A DNA stretch of 20,521 nucleotides from the NCBI GenBank assembly GCA_038227875.1, contig JBBRPR010000097.1, forward strand, positions 1 to 20,521. Reading direction: 5' to 3'. How positions within the stretch are numbered: the stretch's first letter is position 1; each line of letters starts with the position of its first letter. Below are positions 14,197 through 20,521 of this stretch, piece after piece. Below the pieces are notes generated by a model, which was not told the DNA's origin, did no database searches, and was given only the letters and a program-made list of their open reading frames with translations. The translations under genes and the position numbers were made by a program. This DNA is from Planctomycetota bacterium. GTDB taxonomy: Bacteria; Planctomycetota; SZUA-567; H5-PLA8.

Positions 14197-15606
14197 ATGC
14201 TTCGCACAATCGTACTTGTCGACGATGAAGAATCCATTCTGGCTATCGAACGGGATGCTCTGGCTGAAATTGGCATTGAGGCAGAATGCTATCCCAATCC
14301 GATCCTCGCCTGGGAGCGGATCCAGCGCGGCGATGTGGCGTTGGTGGTGACCGATTGGAACATGCCGGAGATGACCGGCATGGAACTGCTCTTCAAAACC
14401 CGCGCGCTTCGACATCCGCCTTATGTGATTGTGGTCACCGCACACGGCACCATTCCCCGCGCGGTCCAGGCCATGAATCAAGGCGCGTTCAGCTTCTTTG
14501 AAAAGCCGTTCGATATTCACACGTACCAGGAACTGGTTCGTGATTCCCTGGACCATTTTCAGCGTTCCGGAGCAATGCCGTGCCGGGATTCCGCTTCGAG
14601 TATTCCGGAGAAGAAAAAAGATTTCGCGGCCGATCCCATTGCGCATTCGGAACTGCTGCGTCAAACCCTGGTAGGCGCTGAAGCCGCGGCGGGAACCGAT
14701 AGCTCCGTATTGCTGCTCGGCGAATCCGGTTCGGGCAAGGAAATGGTGGCGGACTACATTCATCGCAACAGCCGACGCGCGGACAAGCCGTTCATCAAGA
14801 TCAACTGCGGCGCGCTGCCCGAACATTTGATGGAGTCGGAACTCTTCGGGCACGAAAAGGGAGCGTTCACCGGTGCCATCCGCAAGCACATCGGCCGTTT
14901 TGAATTGGCCGCCGGCGGCACGCTCTTTCTGGATGAGATCGGCGATCTGCTGCCGGCACTCCAAGTCAAGTTGCTGCGCGTGCTGCAGGAGCGGAAGATC
15001 GAGCGCATTGGCGGCAGCGCGCCGATCCCCGTCGATTTCCGGCTGATTTGCGCCACGCATTGCGACTTGCGCGCCGGTGTCGCGGACCGCACGTTCCGCG
15101 AGGATCTCTTCTATCGGATCAACGTCGTTCCGCTGCGGATTCCCGCGCTGCGCGAACGGCCGGAAGACATCGAGCCGCTGGCCAAACACTTTTTCCAACT
15201 CCTGCGCAAAAATCTGCCGAGCGGCCCGGAAGACATCGGTGACGGCGCATTGAAGACGCTCAACAGCTATTCCTGGCCTGGAAACGTGCGGCAGCTGCGC
15301 AACGCCATCGAGTACGCGCTGGTCTTCGCCAAAGGGCAGTTCGTTCAGCCGGGAGATTTGCCGGACGAAGTCCGTACCAATTCCCCGCTGGTGGTCATGC
15401 CGACTCAACTTCCACAGGCGAATGTGAGCGTCAGCACCGGCAGCGAAGGATTGAAGCAAACGATCCTCGAGAGCGAATCGAAAGTGCTTCAGGAAACTTT
15501 GGCGCGGCTGCATTGGCGTATGACGGCGGTGGCGCAGGAATTGAAGATCAGCCGCTCGACTCTCTATACCCGACTGCAGGTGCACGGTATTAAACGTCCC
15601 ACTTAG
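14197..15606 (+). CDS. Sigma-54-dependent response regulator (NtrC/AtoC family; REC-AAA+-Fis HTH)
   Basis: REC LVDDE..TDWNMP..EKP; Walker A GESGSGKE; ESELFGHEKGAFTGA; Walker B LFLDEIG; FREDLFYRINV; WPGNVRQL; C-terminal HTH ISRSTLY. Confidence 0.95.
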   Translation: MLRTIVLVDDEESILAIERDALAEIGIEAECYPNPILAWERIQRGDVALVVTDWNMPEMTGMELLFKTRALRHPPYVIVVTAHGTIPRAVQAMNQGAFSFFEKPFDIHTYQELVRDSLDHFQRSGAMPCRDSASSIPEKKKDFAADPIAHSELLRQTLVGAEAAAGTDSSVLLLGESGSGKEMVADYIHRNSRRADKPFIKINCGALPEHLMESELFGHEKGAFTGAIRKHIGRFELAAGGTLFLDEIGDLLPALQVKLLRVLQERKIERIGGSAPIPVDFRLICATHCDLRAGVADRTFREDLFYRINVVPLRIPALRERPEDIEPLAKHFFQLLRKNLPSGPEDIGDGALKTLNSYSWPGNVRQLRNAIEYALVFAKGQFVQPGDLPDEVRTNSPLVVMPTQLPQANVSVSTGSEGLKQTILESESKVLQETLARLHWRMTAVAQELKISRSTLYTRLQVHGIKRPT

Positions 15607-15639
15607 CTCCACCCGCTCGCAAACAGAAAGCAGGTTCTT

Positions 15640-16035
15640 GTGATCAAGATTATGCTGGTTGACGACAATGCCGACGTGGCCAATCTATTCAGCGAAATTC
15701 TGACCGATGCAGGATTCTCGGTGGACGTTTTCACCACCGGCCGCGCGGCGCTCACCAGTTGCGTCAGCGTGCGGTACGCGATGGTGATCGCCGACATCAA
15801 TATGCCGGATATCGACGGACTCGCCCTGCTACAGATGATTCGCGCGCAGCGCCCATCGATGCCGTACATCTTCATCTCCGGGCGCAATGCGCCGCGCGAC
15901 CAAAGCATCGTTCAGAACGCCGACGCGTTTGTCTTGAAAATCGACGGTCCCCGCGACCTGGCTGGCAAGGTGATCGAAGTTCTGGCCGCCAAGGGACGGG
16001 ATGCCGGAACATCGCAATCTGTAGCCGCGATCTAG
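15640..16035 (+). CDS. Single-domain response regulator (CheY-like receiver)
   Basis: IMLVDDN, ADINMPDIDG (phospho-Asp), FISG, and conserved Lys in FVLK. Confidence 0.85.
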   Translation: MIKIMLVDDNADVANLFSEILTDAGFSVDVFTTGRAALTSCVSVRYAMVIADINMPDIDGLALLQMIRAQRPSMPYIFISGRNAPRDQSIVQNADAFVLKIDGPRDLAGKVIEVLAAKGRDAGTSQSVAAI

Positions 16036-16121
16036 TGCACTACGCCAGCTGCGCATGATTCCGTATCAAATCGGGTTGCTCCAGATTTCAATGGCTAGGT
16101 TTGTATTTTTGGAGGTGGAGC

Positions 16122-18614
16122 ATGTCTTCGTCCGAGATTCCCGCGACGGTGTTCATCAAACCCACCGATTTCGATAACGTCGCGTCGCAATTGAAAGCCA
16201 GCAACCTGGCGCGGTCTGTGGAGTCGGCACGACTTCATGCGTTGACACTGACCAATGACCGCATTGAGGCGCTGGAGCAGAAGGCCAAGGACCTGGCCCG
16301 CTTCGTTGAGACCACGCGGCAGCACGCGCTTTTGCAGTCCGACCGCAAGACCGAAGCGCTGGAGCAGAAAGCGCGCGATCTGGCGGACTTTGTTGAGACC
16401 CTGCAGAACCAGACCCGCCTCCAGTCGGAAACCGAAATTGAAGCGTTGGGAAAGAAGGCTCGCGATCTGGCGCAGTTCGTGGAGACCGTGCGCAAGGAAA
16501 CGCGTCTGCAATCCGAGACCGAAATCGCCGCGCTCGGTCAGAAGGCGCAGGACCTGGCCGTCTCCGTGGAGGCCGCGCGAGCCGCCTGCCTGACTCAGAC
16601 CGCGGAAGAGATCGAAGCGTTGGGTAAAAAGGCCCGGGAACTGGCCGTCACCGTCGAAACAGGCCGCGAACAGGCCCTGGGTGACAGCGAGGCGCGCTTC
16701 CGCCAGCTCGCCAATAGCATGCCGGCGATGATCTGGTCGTCCCTACCTGACGGTTACGTCGACTACTACAATTTGCGCTGGTACGAATACACCGGCTTGC
16801 CGGATGGCGGCGACGAGGGCGGGGATCAGAGCTGGTTCGCCGTGCTGCATCCCGACGACGCGCAGACTTGCCACGATATCTGGAATGCGTCAATCCGTTC
16901 GGGCCAGCCGTACGAACTTGAAATTCGCTTCAAGGAATTCAAGAGCGGAGAGTACCGCTGGCATCTTGCGAAAGGCGTCCCGCTAAAAAACATGGATGGC
17001 ACCATCGTCCGCTGGTACGGCACGCTGACGGACATCCACATTCAGCGCCTGGCCGAGGAGAGCGACCGTCATCTCGCGGCAATTGTCGAGTCCTCTCAGG
17101 ACGCGATCATCAGCAAGACACTGACGGGGATCGTGCTGACCTGGAACAAAGCCGCTCAGACCATTTATGGGTACACGGCTGAGGAGATCGTCGGCCATTC
17201 GGTCGAAAAATTGCTCGAGCCAAACCAATTGGACGAGTTGCATCTCATCCTGTCGACGCTGGGAAAGGGAACCAGCATCCGCAATTTGGTCACGACGAAG
17301 AGGCGCAAGGACGGCGCCACAATCACCGTGTCCTTAAGCATCTCGCCGATCCTCAATGGTACGGGCGGCATCACCGCCATCTGCGTGGTCGCGAGGGACA
17401 TTTCCGAGCAGCGCCTGCTTGAGGAAAAGCTCCGGCAATCGAGCAAGATGGATGGCATCGGCTGCCTGGCCGGCGGCGTCGCTCACGACTTCAACAATCT
17501 GCTCACCGTGATCAACGGACGCAGTCAGCTCATGATGAACCGCTTCAAGCCCGGGGACAAGACGCGGACCGATTTGGAGTTGATCTACAAAACCGGCGAG
17601 CGCGCGGCCTCGCTGACGCGCCAGTTGCTCGCTTTCAGCCGACAGCAGGTGCTGCAGTCGGTCGTGCTGGACTTGAATGCCGTTACCGGCGACATGGACA
17701 AATTGCTGCGGCGCCTGATTCCTGAAAGCATCGAACTCGAGACGGTCCTCTCTCCCACACTGGGGCGCGTGAAGGCCGATCCCGGCCAGATCGAACAGGT
17801 GATCATGAATCTGATCGTCAACGCGCGGGACGCGATGCCGGACGGCGGCCGGATTATTGTTGAGACGTCAAACGTGGAACTCGGAGAAGACTATTGCAAC
17901 AGCCATGCGGACGTGCTGCCAGGATTATATTCCATGCTGGCGGTCACGGACACTGGACACGGCATGGACGCTGCCGTGAAGGCGCGGATCTTTGAGCCCT
18001 TCTACACCACCAAACCGCAGGGAAAAGGGACCGGCCTGGGATTGGCGACCGTTTTTGGCGTCGTCAAACAGAGCAAGGGGCATCTTGAGGTCTACAGCGA
18101 GGTCGATAAGGGAACCACGTTCAAGATTTACCTGCCGCAAACCAACGAAGTGGAAAAGAACGCCGTCAACGAGAGCGGTGCCGTGCGCGCGATCGGGCGC
18201 GAAGTCGTGCTGATCGTGGAGGACCAGAAGGGCGTTCGCGAGCTGGTGCGCGATCTGTTGGAAATGAACGGTTACGTGGCCCTGATGGCGAACAACGGAA
18301 CCCAGGCCTTAAAAATTCTGGAGACGGAAATCGACAACGTCAAGCTGCTGATCACCGACGTGGTGATGCCGGAAATGGGCGGCCCGGAACTCTGTGAACG
18401 GATCAAGGTGCTTAATCCAAAGGTGAAAGTATTGTTCACGTCCGGGTATACGGATCACGCCATCGTGCGGAACGGGACACTCGAAGCGAGCGACGACTTC
18501 ATTCAAAAACCGTTCACGCCCGTCAAGTTCGCGTTGAAAGTTCGTGAAGTTCTCGATCGAAAGCCGCAGGCTTCTGATCTGGACGCACTCGTCTCCGCGA
18601 AAAAGGATCTGTAA
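16122..18614 (+). CDS. Cytoplasmic PAS-PAS hybrid histidine kinase (CckA-like) with N-terminal 29-aa helical repeats
   Basis: ATG at 16122 after GGAGG. PAS1 FRQLANSMPAMIW..YNLRWYEYTG..LHPDD..GEYRWH..TDI; PAS2 IVESSQDAII..WNKAAQTIYGY..RDIS; H-box LAGGVAHDFNNLLT; NLIVNARDAM, DTGHGM, FEPFYTTK, GTGLGL; REC VEDQ..TDVVMP..QKPF. Confidence 0.93.
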   Translation: MSSSEIPATVFIKPTDFDNVASQLKASNLARSVESARLHALTLTNDRIEALEQKAKDLARFVETTRQHALLQSDRKTEALEQKARDLADFVETLQNQTRLQSETEIEALGKKARDLAQFVETVRKETRLQSETEIAALGQKAQDLAVSVEAARAACLTQTAEEIEALGKKARELAVTVETGREQALGDSEARFRQLANSMPAMIWSSLPDGYVDYYNLRWYEYTGLPDGGDEGGDQSWFAVLHPDDAQTCHDIWNASIRSGQPYELEIRFKEFKSGEYRWHLAKGVPLKNMDGTIVRWYGTLTDIHIQRLAEESDRHLAAIVESSQDAIISKTLTGIVLTWNKAAQTIYGYTAEEIVGHSVEKLLEPNQLDELHLILSTLGKGTSIRNLVTTKRRKDGATITVSLSISPILNGTGGITAICVVARDISEQRLLEEKLRQSSKMDGIGCLAGGVAHDFNNLLTVINGRSQLMMNRFKPGDKTRTDLELIYKTGERAASLTRQLLAFSRQQVLQSVVLDLNAVTGDMDKLLRRLIPESIELETVLSPTLGRVKADPGQIEQVIMNLIVNARDAMPDGGRIIVETSNVELGEDYCNSHADVLPGLYSMLAVTDTGHGMDAAVKARIFEPFYTTKPQGKGTGLGLATVFGVVKQSKGHLEVYSEVDKGTTFKIYLPQTNEVEKNAVNESGAVRAIGREVVLIVEDQKGVRELVRDLLEMNGYVALMANNGTQALKILETEIDNVKLLITDVVMPEMGGPELCERIKVLNPKVKVLFTSGYTDHAIVRNGTLEASDDFIQKPFTPVKFALKVREVLDRKPQASDLDALVSAKKDL
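16197..16690 (+). repeat. 87-bp (29-aa) tandem repeat, 5 full copies plus 1 partial
   Basis: Units start at 16197, 16284, 16371, 16458, 16545 and 16632; consensus A(R/K)DLAx(F/S)VETxRxxxxxQ(S/T)xxEIEAL(E/G)(Q/K)K. Confidence 0.9.
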
Positions 18615-18616
18615 CC

Positions 18617-19597
18617 ATGCGCACGGAAATTCGAAACGTACTGATCGTCGACGACGACGCCGAAATTCGCGCCTATCTGGCCGACCTGGTGGACAACCTG
18701 GGCGCGCAGCCGCTGCAGGCCAGCGACGGCGCGGCGGCGTTGGAAGCAGTTAGGGGAGTGCTTCCTGATTTGATACTCATGGATGTAGAAATGCCCATCA
18801 TGGACGGATTGACGGCCTGCAGGACGCTGAAGTCGAATCCCGACACGCAGCGCATTCCCGTGATCATGATCACTTCCTTGTTCGCACTGGACGATCGCGT
18901 GCGCGGCATCGAAGCCGGCGCCGACGATTTCCTGACCAAGCCGATTCAAGTTCCGGAATTCAACGCGCGCGTGAAATCGTTGCTTCGGATCAAGAAGCTC
19001 AACGACTCCCTGGAGTCCGCGGAGAACGTGATCTTCACGCTCGCCAACGCGATTGAAGCCAAGGACAAATACACAATTGGCCACACCGGACGCGTCACCG
19101 CATATGCCGTGGAATTGGGGAAGGCGACGGGTAGCTCAGAAAGTGAATTGCTGATTTTGCGCCACGGCGGCTCGCTGCACGACATCGGGAAAGTCGCCGT
19201 GTCCGATGCGATCCTCAACAAACCCGGTAAACTCACCCCCGAAGAGTTCCTGCTGATGACGCAGCACACGGTGGTCGGATTTAACATCTGCTCCCCGATG
19301 AAAAGTCTGGCGCACGCCCTTCCCTGCATCCGCTCGCATCACGAAAAACCGAACGGCACCGGCTATCCCGACCGTCTGAAAGGCGCCGAGATTCCGCGCG
19401 TGGCGTTGATCATCGCGGTCGCGGATGTCTTCGACGCGTTGACCTCCAAGCGCTCATACAAGGAAGCCATCGGCCACGAACGCGCCCACGGCATCCTGGC
19501 GGAAGAAGCCTACCGCGGCGCGCTGGACGCGGACCTGGTAAGATGTTTTACGCACACGGTAATGCCGGGGTTTCATTCGGTGGCGGCTAGCGGGTGA
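18617..19597 (+). CDS. REC-HD-GYP response regulator (RpfG-like cyclic dinucleotide phosphodiesterase)
   Basis: REC IVDDD..MDVEMP..TKP; EAKDKYTIGHTGRV; LHDIGK; HHEKPNGTGYP; VADVFDALTSKRSYK. Starts 2 nt after the kinase stop. Confidence 0.94.
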   Translation: MRTEIRNVLIVDDDAEIRAYLADLVDNLGAQPLQASDGAAALEAVRGVLPDLILMDVEMPIMDGLTACRTLKSNPDTQRIPVIMITSLFALDDRVRGIEAGADDFLTKPIQVPEFNARVKSLLRIKKLNDSLESAENVIFTLANAIEAKDKYTIGHTGRVTAYAVELGKATGSSESELLILRHGGSLHDIGKVAVSDAILNKPGKLTPEEFLLMTQHTVVGFNICSPMKSLAHALPCIRSHHEKPNGTGYPDRLKGAEIPRVALIIAVADVFDALTSKRSYKEAIGHERAHGILAEEAYRGALDADLVRCFTHTVMPGFHSVAASG

Positions 19598-19611
19598 AGC
19601 CATTCAATTAG

Positions 19612-19866
19612 CTAATAAGTGCAGGCGAGTTGGTTGGGATTGCGTTCGGCATGTACCGGGCGGTAAGATCCGGGCGTATGCAAAATGAGCGTCCCATGCG
19701 AATTTTTTCGTATCTTGAATTTGTAGATTCCTTCTTGAATAGCAGATCGGCATTTTATTTAAGCATCGTGTTTCTCGACGTTTTCACGAGTCTGCTGATT
19801 CTTGTACTTTTGGTATGGGTGGTGGAAACTGCGTTGCGCCGTCGCGAGGCTAAGCGCCATGGCTGA
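19612..19866 (+). pseudogene. Probable 5'-truncated remnant of a small membrane-protein paralog
   Basis: Frame is open from 19612 (TAG at 19609-19611). Ends with a TM segment and basic tail (LLILVLLVWVVETALRRREAKRHG) similar to the next gene's tail (RRLDRSEARTQ). Stop overlaps the next ATG. Lacks the family N-terminal motif. Confidence 0.45.
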
Positions 19867-20320
19867 GCCTCCGCGCCGACGACGGTTTCAATTTACACTG
19901 CGTTCCGCGATCGTATCCGTCGCTGTCACGGGCACCCTGCTGTACCTAAATATTCGTCCCGCCCACGAATCCGTAATCTTTAACGACCCCGGAGCCAAAC
20001 CAGACGCCGCAATCATTCAGCGCACATGGCTTCTCGGTTGGCCCGCCGGCATGGAGTACAAATACGAACGGATAGCGAAATTGCAAGGCACCGAGGCGAT
20101 GGACGTATGGAAGAGCGGCCAATACCAGTTCCCTGATGGCCGTCTCGAAAAACTGTATATTACAGAATGGTACCGATACGCTTCGGGGTACACCTGGTTT
20201 TTCGGCCCGATCACGTTTGTTCTGTGCCTGTTAATTGACGGCGGCGCTTATCTATTAATTCTGTGGATTGCGATCAAGCTTAGTAGAAGGTTAGATCGAT
20301 CCGAGGCTCGCACGCAATGA
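19859..20320 (+). CDS. Hypothetical two-TM membrane protein with 'PRRRRFQFTLR' N-terminal motif
   Basis: MAEPPRRRRFQFTLRSAIVSVAVTGTLLYLN...GWP...C-terminal TM plus basic tail. ATG at 19859 overlaps the upstream ORF end; own TGA overlaps the next ATG (ATGA at 20317-20320). Confidence 0.75.
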   Translation: MAEPPRRRRFQFTLRSAIVSVAVTGTLLYLNIRPAHESVIFNDPGAKPDAAIIQRTWLLGWPAGMEYKYERIAKLQGTEAMDVWKSGQYQFPDGRLEKLYITEWYRYASGYTWFFGPITFVLCLLIDGGAYLLILWIAIKLSRRLDRSEARTQ

Positions 20321-20388
20321 GCGATTCCCCGCGCCGCCGCTGGTTTCAATTGCATCTTTCCACGCTGATTGCCCTGACGTTCACGTGA
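20317..20388 (+). pseudogene. Next paralog (MSDSPRRRWFQLHLSTLIALTFT*) interrupted by IS insertion
   Basis: Same N-terminal motif as 19859-20320. The stop TGA (20386-20388) is formed by the first bases of the IS terminal repeat. Confidence 0.7.
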
Positions 20389-20521
20389 CCTGCTCCCCAA
20401 AAACTGAACCAGGTGTTATGAGAGTTCTTAGGCCTGAAGAGGCCGGAAGGGATTCTCATGAAACGCAAGAGGCACAGTCCAGAGCAGATCATCGCCAAGC
20501 TGAGGGAGGCGGATACGGCGC
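20386..20521 (+). mobile_element. Left end of an IS3-family insertion sequence (IS407 group), running off the window
   Basis: Begins TGACCTGCTCCCC, matching the 5'-TGACCTGC(C)CCC termini of IS407-group elements. Followed by an OrfA start MKRKRHSPEQIIAKLREAD. Confidence 0.85.
20458..20521 (+). CDS. IS3-family transposase OrfA, N-terminal fragment (partial)
   Basis: ATG at 20458 after GGAAGGGA; MKRKRHSPEQIIAKLREADTA is the typical HTH_Tnp_1 start of IS407-group OrfA. Confidence 0.85.
   Translation, partial: MKRKRHSPEQIIAKLREADTA

Noticed and set aside
14179..15612. 477-aa - strand ORF
   Set aside because: Antisense shadow of the NtrC-family gene.
16033..16042. Perfect palindrome TAGTGCACTA at the REC gene stop
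   Set aside because: No loop or U-tract, so not a terminator; a single 10-bp palindrome is expected by chance in 20 kb.
19840..20330. Integron attC sites between the small genes
   Set aside because: The genes overlap with no intergenic space; no RYYYAAC...GTTRRRY hairpins and no integrase in the window.
19885..20351. GTTTCAATT repeated twice, resembling a CRISPR repeat start
   Set aside because: Only two copies about 458 bp apart, both encoding the FQ motif of paralogous genes; no spacer periodicity and no cas genes.

Overview
GC-rich bacterial DNA, probably from a Planctomycetota-like organism (inferred from the transmembrane ECF sigma factor, the NatB-CPBP fusion and the 'PRRRxFQxxL' N-terminal gene family). 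From left to right: (1) the 3' end of a hypothetical gene carrying nine 10-bp iteron-like repeats, then a ~180-nt rod-shaped RNA-like hairpin with a central bubble; (2) a BatA/vWA-like membrane protein and a lipoprotein on +; (3) a long minus-strand run, in transcription order: membrane-anchored ECF sigma factor, GT1 glycosyltransferase resembling mycobacterial phenolic-glycolipid rhamnosyltransferase, FeeM-like N-acyl amino acid synthase, ethylene-receptor(ETR1)-domain double hybrid histidine kinase, NADPH-dependent FMN reductase, and NatA/NatB-CPBP ABC transporter; (4) a divergent signalling cluster on +: sigma54 NtrC-type regulator, single REC protein, PAS-PAS hybrid kinase with an unusual 29-aa repeat N-terminus, and REC-HD-GYP phosphodiesterase; (5) a tandem array of small paralogous membrane-protein genes with conserved junctions, interrupted by an IS3-family (IS407-group) element at the right edge. 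The best novel-system candidates are the GT1 + FeeM pair (possible glycosylated N-acyl-tyrosine lipid) next to an ETR1-type dual kinase, the structured RNA at 499-679, and the cassette-like gene array. All family calls come from motif recognition by eye; no database searches were run.
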